64,000 nucleotides of DNA, taken from an uncultured Chloroflexia bacterium (lineage in GTDB: Bacteria > Chloroflexota > Limnocylindria > QHBO01). Below are positions 41,387-51,079 of this stretch, piece by piece. The stretch is taken from positions 1,789,279 through 1,853,278 of the forward strand of contig CAWAOJ010000002.1 of the NCBI GenBank assembly GCA_963783725.1, written 5' to 3'. Under the pieces are notes generated by a model. That model saw only the letters and a program-made list of their open reading frames with translations, ran no database searches and had not been told where the DNA came from. Positions within the stretch are counted from its first letter, which is position 1; each line of letters starts with the position of its first letter. Both the position numbers and the translations under genes were made by a program.

Positions 41387-42867
41387 ACCGCGGCGACGTC
41401 ATCGACGTAGACGGGCCTCCACTTCGCCGAAGCGTTCAGCCAGGCGCCGAGCGGCGAATCGGGCGGAAAGAGGACGAAGTCGATGGCGTACCGGTCGAAG
41501 GTCGTCTGTGGATCGATGCTCAGGCCGATGGTCCGAACGTATTCCGCGATCACTCGGTCGCCGTAGACGTCGGCCCTTCCGTCGATGAAGATCGGCTGAT
41601 CCGGCCGTTGCAGACCCAGGTAGCCGCCCCACTCATATCGGTTGAAGACGCGATCACCGGGGTCGTGCGCACGGATCCAGTCCACGGCTGCCACCGGCTG
41701 TTCTCGCGCGGTCTCCCGTGCCTGCGCGTCGGGTAACGAACGGGCGAGTGCCAGCGCCGTGCCGAGCGCGAGCACCGCGATCACCAGTACGACGAGCAGT
41801 GGGTCGGATCGCGGTCGGGTCATCCGTTCCAGCGTTGAAGCAGCCTGCTGCCCCAAGCGTGACTTCGAGACAGCCGGCCCGAGATTCACGGCAATGATCG
41901 CGGTGCCCACGGGACCGAGGATCAGCAGGAACCGGACGGCCATGAACGCCATCAGCGTGAGCCCGACGAGGATGAGCACGTCGGCCGTTCGCATCCGTCG
42001 CCACGCGAATGCGACCGTCGGCAGTACCGCGACCATGACAAACGCGACGAGCAGCTGCCCGAAGAGCGAGTCAAGGCGTGCGGGCTGCCATTCGCCAACG
42101 GCAGCCTTGAGCGTCGTCAGCTGCAGCGTGTCGAGCGGATAGCGGTAAATGTCGATGCCATTCGGATTCAGCGCGAGCACGGCGGCCGCGACGACAAGCG
42201 CGACGGCGATTGCGGCGATGTGGTGCCATGCAAGGGCCTGGCCGATCACGCCCGGGCGTGCGTGGTCGAGCATTTCCCCAACCACGACCGCGCCGCCGAG
42301 CAGGAAGAGGAGCGGCCAGCCGGCGTGCAGGTTGACCCAAGCCAGCGCCAGGACCGGCAGCCATACAAGGGTGGACGTCCGGCGTCGAGCGAGATAGTTC
42401 CACAGCACGTATAGAGTCAGTGCGCTGCCCAGCAGGTCGAAGACCTGAACTCGCACGCCGAGGGTCGGTCCGGCCAGCACCAGGCCGGCGGAGAGCCAGA
42501 CAACCCGACTGAGCCAGCCAATCGATGGCGATCGCACCGCCATGGCGCGCCACAGGACCGCGAATCCGGCAACGGCAAGGCCAGCGAAGGCAAGCGACAG
42601 GAGCGTCTCGCCCCATGCGCCAAGGCGCGCCACCAGGGCCAGAAGGACGTTCGCCCCCCAGTCCTGGCTGGTCCACGGACGGCCTGCGGCGGTGAGGCTC
42701 CAGGTATCCATCGCGGGAACCCAGCCGCTTGTAAGAACCGCATCACCGGCGCGGATGTGCCACCAGACGTCTGGATCGACCAGCGGCCAAGTCGCCCGCG
42801 GAGTGAGCGCAGCGCCAAAGAACGCGGCGATGACCGCGGCCGCCGACGACAGTCGAGGAAGCGTCAC
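41371..42867 (-). CDS. Uncharacterised polytopic membrane protein (intact paralog of 19330..20796), putative glycosyltransferase
   Basis: 498 aa. Blocks WSLTAAGRPWTSQDWG, LAWVNLHAGW and NRYEWGGYLGLQRPDQPIFIDGRADVYGD match the frameshifted plus-strand gene at 19330. Confidence 0.55.
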   Translation of the reverse strand: MTLPRLSSAAAVIAAFFGAALTPRATWPLVDPDVWWHIRAGDAVLTSGWVPAMDTWSLTAAGRPWTSQDWGANVLLALVARLGAWGETLLSLAFAGLAVAGFAVLWRAMAVRSPSIGWLSRVVWLSAGLVLAGPTLGVRVQVFDLLGSALTLYVLWNYLARRRTSTLVWLPVLALAWVNLHAGWPLLFLLGGAVVVGEMLDHARPGVIGQALAWHHIAAIAVALVVAAAVLALNPNGIDIYRYPLDTLQLTTLKAAVGEWQPARLDSLFGQLLVAFVMVAVLPTVAFAWRRMRTADVLILVGLTLMAFMAVRFLLILGPVGTAIIAVNLGPAVSKSRLGQQAASTLERMTRPRSDPLLVVLVIAVLALGTALALARSLPDAQARETAREQPVAAVDWIRAHDPGDRVFNRYEWGGYLGLQRPDQPIFIDGRADVYGDRVIAEYVRTIGLSIDPQTTFDRYAIDFVLFPPDSPLGAWLNASAKWRPVYVDDVAAVWVRA

Positions 42868-43764
42868 GAGCCGGCAGTGGTTGGAGCCGAGTCCTCACCG
42901 CTCTCCGCAATCCCTGGCAGGATGAAGGTCGTGTCGTACAGGAAGAGCCGCGGGAGCGCCAGCACCACGGCGGCCCCGGTCGCCAGCCAGGCGTAGCGAG
43001 AGCGCCGCAACGCGAGAAACAGGGCGACTGCGATCGCGGCTGCTGCTACCAGCGCCCATAGCACCGGGCTGATGTTCGAGAGGGAGTTCGACCCTCCAAA
43101 GTCGGTTACCAGTGGCGGGAGCGGGAAGAGGAGCATCGGCGCGGTGAGGATGGCGGTGAGGGCGAGCGTCGCGCTGGCGCGCCACCACTGCCGGCGGCCG
43201 ACATAGACGATCACGTACAGCAGCGGCACCGCCTTGAGCGACGCCGCCAAGCCGATCCACAGCGGTCCGCTGCGGCGCTCGACGCCCCACACCAGCCAAG
43301 CCACCATCAGCGGCTGGACGTTGCCCGACGCCGCCATGCCGATCAGCAGACCCGCCATCAGGATCGCGAGCGGCAGGGCCCGCCTTACCAAACGCACGGA
43401 TCACCGGAATCACCGCCGCGATGGCGGCGATCACCAGCAGCAGCGACCAGCCGACGTCCACGATTTGTCGCGGCAAGTACGTCAGCGGGACCCACAGGGC
43501 CGCGAACCACGGCGCGTAGCGGAAGACGGTGTGGTCCGTCGTCACCGCCGTGACCGTGTACGGATTCCCGGTCGCCCGCCACTGCTGCGCGGCGGTCCAG
43601 TACACGTCCATGTCGATCAGCTTCCAGCCACCTCCGATCGCCCATCCACTGACGATCGCGAGGGAGAACGCGGCCAGCAACGCCACGCTGAGGAGCCGCG
43701 CCGCCCGGATCACGATGGGTCGCGGAGCTCGCGTATCGGTCAACGACACGTCAGGCGCCTTCAT
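42864..43764 (-). CDS. DUF2029/GT87-like polytopic glycosyltransferase (subfamily B); apparent frameshift near 43390
   Basis: N-terminal half with TVFRYAPWFAALWVPLTYLP in ORF 42895..43764. C-terminal half (ASGNVQPLMVAWLVWGVERRSGPLWIGLAASLKAVPLLYVIVYVGRRQWWRA) in ORF 42864..43397. Confidence 0.6.
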
Positions 43765-45094
43765 CGGTCAGTCCGTCCGTAACCGATATGGCCGCGACCG
43801 CGCAGCACAGCGCGCCGATGATGAAGTAGTAGTAGTTCGCGAATGCCTGCTTGTTGAACGCGAAGAAGAAGAGGTACACCACCCCGACCGTCGCCGCGAA
43901 ACCCGACGGAGTCCGAGCGGCGCGGACGATGGCGAGGGCGCCGGCAGGCACGATCGCGGCGAAGCCGAGCGCGGCGCCGAGCGTCGGATTGTCCAGCCGA
44001 AGCCACGCTGGGTAGCTGAGTGCATCGGCCCGGAACGGCTGCTGTACCTGGAGCGCAATGAGGCTGCGCCAGAATCCGCCTGGATCCCACACCAGGAACG
44101 GAAGCGTGATGACGCCGGCGACAGCAACCGCCATTGCTGCGGCCCTGATCAGGGTGGCGCTGCTGCGCGGTGCCGGCACGAGCAGAGGTGCCATTGCCAG
44201 CACGAGCACCAAATGCTGTTTGACGGCGATGAGCAGGCCGAGGGCGACCGGAAGCAGCGCACGGCGCCAAATGCCGATCGACAACGCGATCACCAGCAGC
44301 AGCACGATCAGCGGCTCGGTCCACGCCTGCGCCACCACGAAGAGGCTGCGTGGCGTGAAGAGGAAGAGCACGGCCGCGCCACGGGCGATCGGCCCCGGTT
44401 GGAGCCTGGACATCAGCCATGCTGCAAGAACCACCGAGGCGAGTCAGTGCGTAGCGGACGTCGCCGAGCAGGTAGCCGGGAGGGTCAGGAGCAGGCTGAG
44501 CGGAGGATACGGGAGCCCGAACGTCAGATGATCGCCGACCATCGTCTCGGGTGCATAGAACGGCGAGCCCGGCCCGAACACATTGGGCATCTGCACGCTG
44601 TATGGGTCGACCCCTGACAGAAGCGCGTGGCTCCCGATCTGCTGGAACCACCACACGTCGTTCGTCGGCACGCCCGAGAGCGCGATAACCCAGAGCGCGG
44701 AAATCGTCCAGAAGCCGTACAGGGCAAGGCGCCGTGGGCCACGCAGCACCGGGCGGTCGGTGAGCTCGAGAAGTGCCAGCGGCAGGCTGACAGCGACCCC
44801 GACGCGAAACGGGACCAGCGTGGCGGCCAGTTGGAAGGGATCAGCGGGCGCCGGTGGCCAGATAAAGAGGAGGCCGAACTGCACCACGAGCGCCATGCCG
44901 AGGGCGAAGCGGACGTTGCGCTCTCGAATCCGGCGCCAGGAGGGACGTGCCAGACCCACGACCGCCAACGGAATGGCGAGCGTCAGCATCATCAGCGCGC
45001 CACCGTCCAGGCGCCCCAGGTTGAGCTGAACTCCAAACCCGATGAGGAGGGCGGCCAATGTCAAACACCAGCCGGTCGACCACCGGTCATTCAC
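43751..45094 (-). CDS. DUF2029-related polytopic membrane protein (divergent GT87-like); apparent frameshift near 44440
   Basis: ORF 44444..45094 (…LSGVDPYSVQMPNVFGPGSPFYAPETMVGDHLTFGLPYPPLSLLLTLPA) continues in ORF 43751..44434 (AWLMSRLQPGPIARGAAVLFLFTPRSLFVVAQAWTEPLIV...). A third-frame linker carries GYLLGDVRYALTRL. Confidence 0.5.
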
Positions 45095-46107
45095 GCCCGA
45101 TGAGTCCCGGTGGCTCCGGTCGGGTCTGCCGCCGCCCTGCGCAGGTTGACTCCGAGCATGAGCGCGCTGATCCCGCCGCCCAGCGCAAGCGGTACCAGTG
45201 TTAGCGCATGCACGAGGATCGCCAGCGCGAGTGCCGGCGCGGCCGCGATGCCGACCGCGGCGGCGGCGCTGGATGCGGCAAGTTCGAACGTGCCGACGTA
45301 GCCCGGGGCCGAGGGAATGATCGTCCCCAGTGACGCGACCGCCAGGATGACGAGTGCCTGCGCCGGGCGCAGCTCAACGCCAAGCGCCCTCCCCGCCAGC
45401 AGGTACAACAGGGTATCGATGCTCCACGCGGTCGCCGTCAGCGCGACCGCCCCCGCCAGCGCTGAGCGATCGGTCGCGGATGCGACGCTGAGAAAACGCT
45501 TCAGCAGATGTGCCGTTGCGCCGGTCGTCAGATGAAGTCGCTCGCGTAGCCATCCGCCGCCGGCAAGCAGGCCCCCCAGGATGATCACCGCGACGCCCGC
45601 AACCACGCCAGTTCCGGCGACCAGCCATCCCGGAGCGTGGAGCGACTACCGCCGCCAGGAAGCCGAGCAATGCGAGTACGGCTGTATCCACGATGCGCTC
45701 GAGCGCGACTGACCCGATGCTTTCCGGTACGCCGATGGTCTCGCGGCGGGCGAGCACCAGCGCCCGAACGGCCTCGCCGAGCCGCGCTGGAAGCAGGATG
45801 TTGCCGAGGTAGCCCACCAGCAATACCGGCACGAGTCGAGCCGTGGCGGGCCGTCCAGCGGCCTGTGGCAACAGCAGCCGCCACCTGGCAGCGCGGACGA
45901 CGATGCCGACCGCCACTGCGACCAGAGCGGCGAGGAGCCCCCCGGGTTGGCGTTGAGGACGAGCCCGGTTGCGGCGCTCACGTCGACAGACCGCACGATT
46001 GCCACGAGCGCCACGCCGCTCAGCGCCACGCCGCCGAGGGCCATGAGCACCGTGCGGATATGGCTCGTCACGGCGGTGAGTATGCGGTGTGGGAATGGCA
46101 GGGCCAT
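45091..46107 (-). CDS. UPF0104 / LPG-synthase-TM (flippase-like, AglD2-type) membrane protein; at least 2 apparent frameshifts
   Basis: Pieces in three ORFs: 45646..46107 (MALPFPHRILTAVTSHIRTVLMALGGVALSGVALVAIV), 45374..46231 (LLAALVAVAVGIVVRAARWRLLLPQAAG...LVPVLLVGYLGNILLPARLGEAVRALVLARRETIGVPESIGSVALERIVD), 45091..45606 (C-terminal TM half). Confidence 0.55.
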
Positions 46108-46157
46108 GGCCGGATACGCCTATTGCCGGCCTTGCCGGCCTTGGTAATCTGCCTGCC

Positions 46158-46931
46158 ATGACCCCGGAAACCGACGATACGCACCCGCCGCGTGTCGTCG
46201 TCGTCATGCCCGCGTACAACGCCGCGCGCACGCTGCATCAGACGTACGCCGACATTCCGCACGAGCTCGTGGATCGGATCATCCTGGTGGACGACGTTTC
46301 CCGCGACGAGACGGTCGAGATCGCACGCCGCCTCGGTCTCGAGGTTGTCATCCACCGCCAGAACCTTGGGTACGGCGGTAACCAGAAGACGTGCTATGAC
46401 CATGCGCTCGAGGCCGGTGCCTCGGTAGTGGTCATGCTCCATCCCGACTACCAGTACGATGCGACCCGGATTCCGGCGCTCATTGCGCCGATTCTGGACG
46501 GTCGGGCGGACCTCGTCCTCGGCAGTCGATTCCTTGGTGATCCGCTCGCTGGCGGCATGCCGAAATGGAAGTGGATCAGCAACCGGTTCCTGACGATCGT
46601 GGAGAACATGGCTTTCGGGTTGGGCCTCTCGGAGTACCACACCGGCCTGCGCGCGTACAGCCGTCGCCTCCTCGAGGCGATCCCCTACCACCGCAACAGC
46701 AACGACTTCGTCTTTGATCAGGAGCTGATCGCGCAGGTCGTGGCCGCCGGCATGCGCCACCGCATCGCCGAGATCCCGGTGCCCACGCGTTACTTCGACG
46801 AGGCGTCGTCCGTCGGCTTCCGCCGGAGCGTGGTGTACGGGCTCTCGACGCTTCGTGTCGTGCTTCGCTACCTGCTGCATCGGCTTCACCTGCGCCCCAC
46901 GCCCAAGCTCAGGCCGAACCTGCCCATCTAG
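46158..46931 (+). CDS. GT2 polyprenyl-phosphate sugar synthase-like glycosyltransferase (Ppm1/DPM1/GtrB-type)
   Basis: VVVVMPAYNAARTL...ILVDDVSRDETVEIARRL...LHPDYQYDATRIPALIAPILDGRADLVLGSRFLG is the DPM-synthase-like architecture. Divergent from the UPF0104 gene. The raw ORF extends to 46089, but the likely start is MTPETDD. Confidence 0.75.
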   Translation: MTPETDDTHPPRVVVVMPAYNAARTLHQTYADIPHELVDRIILVDDVSRDETVEIARRLGLEVVIHRQNLGYGGNQKTCYDHALEAGASVVVMLHPDYQYDATRIPALIAPILDGRADLVLGSRFLGDPLAGGMPKWKWISNRFLTIVENMAFGLGLSEYHTGLRAYSRRLLEAIPYHRNSNDFVFDQELIAQVVAAGMRHRIAEIPVPTRYFDEASSVGFRRSVVYGLSTLRVVLRYLLHRLHLRPTPKLRPNLPI

Positions 46932-47788
46932 CGCCGCATGCGCATCGGTACCAGCTCGAGTGCTGCCATCAGAAGGTAGTAGGGCAGGACGTACGGGCTG
47001 GCGGCTAGCCCCGCGAAGCCAATGCGGCCGCGCACGGTGAGCCAGACTCCCAGCGGCACTCCCATCAGCAGCCACCATGAGCCGATGAACCGCGACGGCC
47101 CGATGTTGAAGTCGCTGCCGATGTCCGCTGGGCTGTCCACCAGTCGCCCGATCCACTCCGGTCCCCATCCGACGAGCAGCACCGCCACGGCGTGGGCGGC
47201 GAAGAGCACGACCGCCCGCCAGCGCCACTCGGGATGCTGCCACAGCAGCCACGCGGCGAGCGGCAGCATGAGTGGTCGCGGGATGAGGAGCGTGGCCACG
47301 AGGAACGCGCCGATCGCCCACGGCTTACCGAGCAGCGCCCAGTACGCGACCACGACGATGAAGATCATCGCGTTGCCGCCCAGCAGGTCGACGATGAACG
47401 GCCACGACAGGCCGACAACCAGCGCCAGGCGCCAGTTGCGAAAGGCCCCCAGGGCGATGATGTGGAGGCCCGCCCAGCCGAGCGCCCCGATTGGGCTGAT
47501 GATCCAGAACAGCCAGGCGGCGACCGGGGACCAGCGAAATGCGGAATGGGTCGCCTCGATCAGGGTCGCGTATGGGTTGAGGCCCCCGGCGATCCGCTCC
47601 CCGGCGTTGGTGACGATGTTCCAGTCGATCGACTGGCGATAGTCGAGCCAGCCGGCGATCGTCCACGCCGAGTACCACGTGCTGGCGATGGCGAGCGCCA
47701 TCCACAACGCGGCAACGCGGAGCGACGGCAGGCGCCAGCTCCTCGCGGCGACCCGTTCCTCGACGGTCGCTGTCAGGTCAGGCGCCAC
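46928..47788 (-). CDS. DUF2029-related polytopic membrane protein (divergent GT87-like)
   Basis: 286 aa and about 8 TM. SAFRWSPVAAWLFWIISPIG block in the position of the YRYSPWFA motif. Confidence 0.5.
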   Translation of the reverse strand: MAPDLTATVEERVAARSWRLPSLRVAALWMALAIASTWYSAWTIAGWLDYRQSIDWNIVTNAGERIAGGLNPYATLIEATHSAFRWSPVAAWLFWIISPIGALGWAGLHIIALGAFRNWRLALVVGLSWPFIVDLLGGNAMIFIVVVAYWALLGKPWAIGAFLVATLLIPRPLMLPLAAWLLWQHPEWRWRAVVLFAAHAVAVLLVGWGPEWIGRLVDSPADIGSDFNIGPSRFIGSWWLLMGVPLGVWLTVRGRIGFAGLAASPYVLPYYLLMAALELVPMRMRR

Positions 47789-48710
47789 GGGCGGCCTCGG
47801 ATCTTGGGCGATGAAGCGGCCATGGCCATTCCCGCATCCGCTGGAGCGGTGGCCACGCGATCAGCGGGACCGCTCCGAGCAGGAGGGTGATGCTGTTCTC
47901 CCACAGCACGGGCAGTCCAATGGTCGCGGCGACCGGGACTGTCCAGCGCCACCCCCTGAGGCCGCCGATCACCGCGACGACCAGCGCGACCGGAAGCCGA
48001 ACCATCAGCGTCAGACCGAACAGACGCGGCGGCTCGACGGTATTGCTGCCGAGTATCCGGAACCAGTCGAACCACAGCTGCGGCGACAGCGCGAACGACA
48101 CGAGCACGATGGCGGCCGTCGTGGCGAGCGCCGTCGCGAGAGCGCGCCATTCTCGCCGCGCCGCGAACCACGCCAGCCCCACCCCGGCGGTGGACTTGGT
48201 GAGCAGGACGGCGGCCCAGCTGCCCGGATAGCGGAAGCCGAGTGCGATCGCCACCGCCAGCAGCAGGTGGACGTTGCCCGTCCCCACGTCGGCCCAGACC
48301 TGTGGCACCAGGAGCAGCAGCGCGGCCGCGACGGGCCCGACCAGCCAGACGAGGCACCCCAGCAGGATCGCTTCCCAGATCGCGTAGAACACGGGCCAGG
48401 GCAGCAGGTGCGCCGCGGCCAGTGCCTGTGCGGCGGCCGGCGAGTAGAGGAACGCGTTCAGCTCTCCGACGACCGCGCCGGAGTACAGATGATCCAGGCT
48501 CAGCGACCAGTAGGCGTGGGCGTCGATCGCCGAAAAGCGGATGCCGTCATTGAGGATGTACTGGACCAGGAAGAGCCACGCCCAGCCCAGGAAGACGAGC
48601 GCCGCAACGCTTGCCAGGTCACGGGTCAGCCGGATGGCGCGCGGCAGAGGCGCGGCTGCCTCAGACAGGGACATCCGCTGAGCCGGCCTCGGGATGCATG
48701 TGCGGGCCAT
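47778..48710 (-). CDS. DUF2029/GT87-like polytopic glycosyltransferase (subfamily A)
   Basis: AFLYSPAAAQ, GNVHLLLAVA and WFAARREWRAL motifs, parallel to 20711 and 51080. Confidence 0.6.
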   Translation of the reverse strand: MARTCIPRPAQRMSLSEAAAPLPRAIRLTRDLASVAALVFLGWAWLFLVQYILNDGIRFSAIDAHAYWSLSLDHLYSGAVVGELNAFLYSPAAAQALAAAHLLPWPVFYAIWEAILLGCLVWLVGPVAAALLLLVPQVWADVGTGNVHLLLAVAIALGFRYPGSWAAVLLTKSTAGVGLAWFAARREWRALATALATTAAIVLVSFALSPQLWFDWFRILGSNTVEPPRLFGLTLMVRLPVALVVAVIGGLRGWRWTVPVAATIGLPVLWENSITLLLGAVPLIAWPPLQRMREWPWPLHRPRSEAARGA

Positions 48711-49809
48711 GCGCGTGAAGGCCGCAGCTTCGCCTGTCGGCGACCTTCCGATAGACGCGACGACCGATGGCGGCGATCGGCGGCAATCGGAAAAGCGCCG
48801 CCCACAGAAAGCTCACCGGCAGCACGTATGCAATGGCCACCACGCCGTCATAGCCGCTCCGCCTTCCTTGGTGCGTGACCACCTGAAGGGCATGGAGCGC
48901 CTCGGCCTCGCTGATACCCAGTCGTTCGCGGGCGACCGCGTCCGATCCTGGAACCAGGCGGAGGGCATGCAGCCAGTCCAACCGCGTGGCCCACGTGATC
49001 CAGCTGCGGCAGAACGAGCACTGGTCATCCCAGACGACCGCCATGGACCTCGGCAGCGGGTCAAGGAAGGCCAGGTACAGCGGCAGCATGAGCGCTCCAA
49101 AGGTGATCAGCTGGCTCGTCGGCTCGAGCCAGATGGCAATCCCGGTGTGCAGGAACAGCCCGACCACGAATGCCGTCTGCCGCCAGCGTGGCAGCCACAG
49201 CGCCACGGCCAGGAATGCCTCGCACAGGACCCCCACGATGGAAAGCACGAACAGCAGCTGGAAGTTCCGCCAGTCCTGTGGCAGGGCGAGCAGACCGCCG
49301 TCGCGAAGGTAGCTGCCGACGACGCTTCCCGACAAGTACGTGGGGTTGAGCTTCGCCAACGCCGCGAAGCCGTACACGAGGGACACCTGCCAGCGCAGCA
49401 GGGCGATGGGCCAGCCTGCTGGCCCGCGTGACGAGCCGCGGCCGGCGCCGAGAGAAATCGCGATGAGGAAGGTCGCCAGCAGGAGAAGATAGAGATGGTT
49501 GGAATAGAGCTGCTGATCAGCGGCCAGGGCGAGCACAAGAGTCAGCACCAACGCCACTGCCGCGGCCCGGGTCGCAAAGCCGAGTGCGAAGAGCGCCGCC
49601 GCCGGCAGCCACACGGCGGCAAGCGCCAGGTAGAAGAAGGCTGGAATCTCGAGCCCGGCGAGGTATGGCACCCGCAGGACGGACGGGTCGGCGAGCCTGG
49701 CGAGCACCGGTGCCTCCTCCAGCCAGACGAGGAAGCCAGCCAGACCGATACCGATTCGCAGCAGCCCAACGGTCCGCGGATTCACGTCGGCCCGGGCCAC
49801 TTTCGTAAC
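48661..49809 (-). CDS. HTTM-domain (vitamin-K-dependent gamma-carboxylase-like) membrane protein fused to a C-terminal DCC1-like thiol-disulfide oxidoreductase (DUF393, CxxC)
   Basis: N-terminal LLRIGIGLAGFLVWLEEA...YLALAAVWLPAAALFALGF...LLLLATFLIAISLGAG is the HTTM pattern. C-terminal MAVVWDDQCSFCRSWITWATRLDWLHALRLVP is DUF393/DCC with a CSFC redox motif. The raw ORF extends to 49890, but the likely start is a GTG at about 49809. Confidence 0.6.
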   Translation of the reverse strand, partial: VTKVARADVNPRTVGLLRIGIGLAGFLVWLEEAPVLARLADPSVLRVPYLAGLEIPAFFYLALAAVWLPAAALFALGFATRAAAVALVLTLVLALAADQQLYSNHLYLLLLATFLIAISLGAGRGSSRGPAGWPIALLRWQVSLVYGFAALAKLNPTYLSGSVVGSYLRDGGLLALPQDWRNFQLLFVLSIVGVLCEAFLAVALWLPRWRQTAFVVGLFLHTGIAIWLEPTSQLITFGALMLPLYLAFLDPLPRSMAVVWDDQCSFCRSWITWATRLDWLHALRLVPGSDAVARERLGISEAEALHALQVVTHQGRRSGYDGVVAIAYVLPVSFLWAALFRLPPIAAIGRRVYRKVADRRSCGLHAHGPHMHPEAGSADVPV

Positions 49810-49817
49810 GCTTCGCG

Positions 49818-50138
49818 TCAGCTGCACGGCAGCACGTCCTTGGTGTTCTTGAGGGTGACGACGATTGCCTCCACCGCCGCGTCGAGGCACAGCTTGTCGT
49901 GGAGCGCCGGTATGTAGTCCGCCTCAGCCCGTCCGCGGGCGACGCGGTTCTCGACCTCGACCGCAGCTTCGGAGCCGTCCTCGTAGCGCACAGTGACGGA
50001 CGGAAGCTCCGTCAGGGCCGTGTACATCTGCCAGCCGAATCGCGCAGGCCGCGGCTGCAGGAGGCCGTAGGCAGGCACAGCCAACTGCACCGCCAGCCAG
50101 ACAGCGATGAACGCGATGACGCGCCGGTCAGGGGGCAT
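49818..50138 (-). CDS. Hypothetical small protein with N-terminal TM/signal anchor
   Basis: 106-aa ORF sitting exactly between the GT87 stop and the HTTM gene. N-terminal hydrophobic segment VIAFIAVWLAVQLAVPAY. No recognisable domain. Confidence 0.35.
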   Translation of the reverse strand: MPPDRRVIAFIAVWLAVQLAVPAYGLLQPRPARFGWQMYTALTELPSVTVRYEDGSEAAVEVENRVARGRAEADYIPALHDKLCLDAAVEAIVVTLKNTKDVLPCS

Positions 50139-50141
50139 TGG

Positions 50142-51053
50142 TCACGACCGCGCCGGTGTGGGCGACTCGCGCGGTCCGCGTATCGCGCTCGGCGGAGGTG
50201 TTCTCAGCGGTACGGCGACCTGCAGATAGGTCACGTCGTACAGGAAGAAGCGCGGCAGCGCCATCGCCACCGTGACCGAGGCCGCGAGCCACGCCCACCG
50301 CGTGCGGCCCAGCCGAAGCGTCACCGCGGCGAGCACCACGACGGCAAGGGCGTACAGCGCCGGCCAGGTGATGAGCAGCCCGGCGAAACCTGCTGAGGTG
50401 ACGTAATTCGACAGGTCGTACAGCAGCATCGGCGCGACCAGGGCCGCGGTGAGCAAGCCGGTCACCACGGCCCTGGCCCACTGGCCTCGGCCGACGTAGA
50501 CGAGAGCCAACAGGATGGGAAATGCCTTGAGGGAGGCGGCGACGGCGATCCACAAGGGTCCGGACCGTCGCTCGACCCCCAGCACCAGCAGCGCAACCAA
50601 CAGCGCGTGGACGTTTCCGTTGGCGCTGATACCAATCAGGATCGGCCAGAAGAAAGCGACCTCGAGCCAAGCCCGACGCTGTACCAGCGGCAGCATGGCG
50701 GCGCAGCTGGCTGCCACGAGAATCGCGGACCACAGCATTCCGGCGATCGTCTGTGGGAGGAACGTGAACGGCAGTGTCAGCCAGGCGAACCACGGCGCGT
50801 ACCGGTACACCTCGGACGATTCGACGTCGGTGACCGGTGGATACAGCGTGCTGCCGTCGCGCAGGCGCTCCGCCGCTGACCAGTACGCGCCAGCGTCTGC
50901 CATGTGCCACTGGGTGAACGCCCAGTACAGGTCAGTGATGCCGATCGCGATCACCACCGCGAGCGCTACGACCCGTGCCAGCCGCCAGATGCGGGGGCTG
51001 ACGGTCCAGGTCGCGAGTCGCTGCTGATGTGCCCGGAACATGGCAGACGCCAC
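50142..51053 (-). CDS. DUF2029/GT87-like polytopic glycosyltransferase (subfamily B)
   Basis: EVYRYAPWFAWLTLPFTFLP, GNVHALLVALLVLGVERRSGPLWIAVAASLKAFPIL. Confidence 0.65.
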   Translation of the reverse strand: MASAMFRAHQQRLATWTVSPRIWRLARVVALAVVIAIGITDLYWAFTQWHMADAGAYWSAAERLRDGSTLYPPVTDVESSEVYRYAPWFAWLTLPFTFLPQTIAGMLWSAILVAASCAAMLPLVQRRAWLEVAFFWPILIGISANGNVHALLVALLVLGVERRSGPLWIAVAASLKAFPILLALVYVGRGQWARAVVTGLLTAALVAPMLLYDLSNYVTSAGFAGLLITWPALYALAVVVLAAVTLRLGRTRWAWLAASVTVAMALPRFFLYDVTYLQVAVPLRTPPPSAIRGPRESPTPARS

Positions 51054-51079
51054 CGTACCCTAACGATGAAGGCCCCGGA

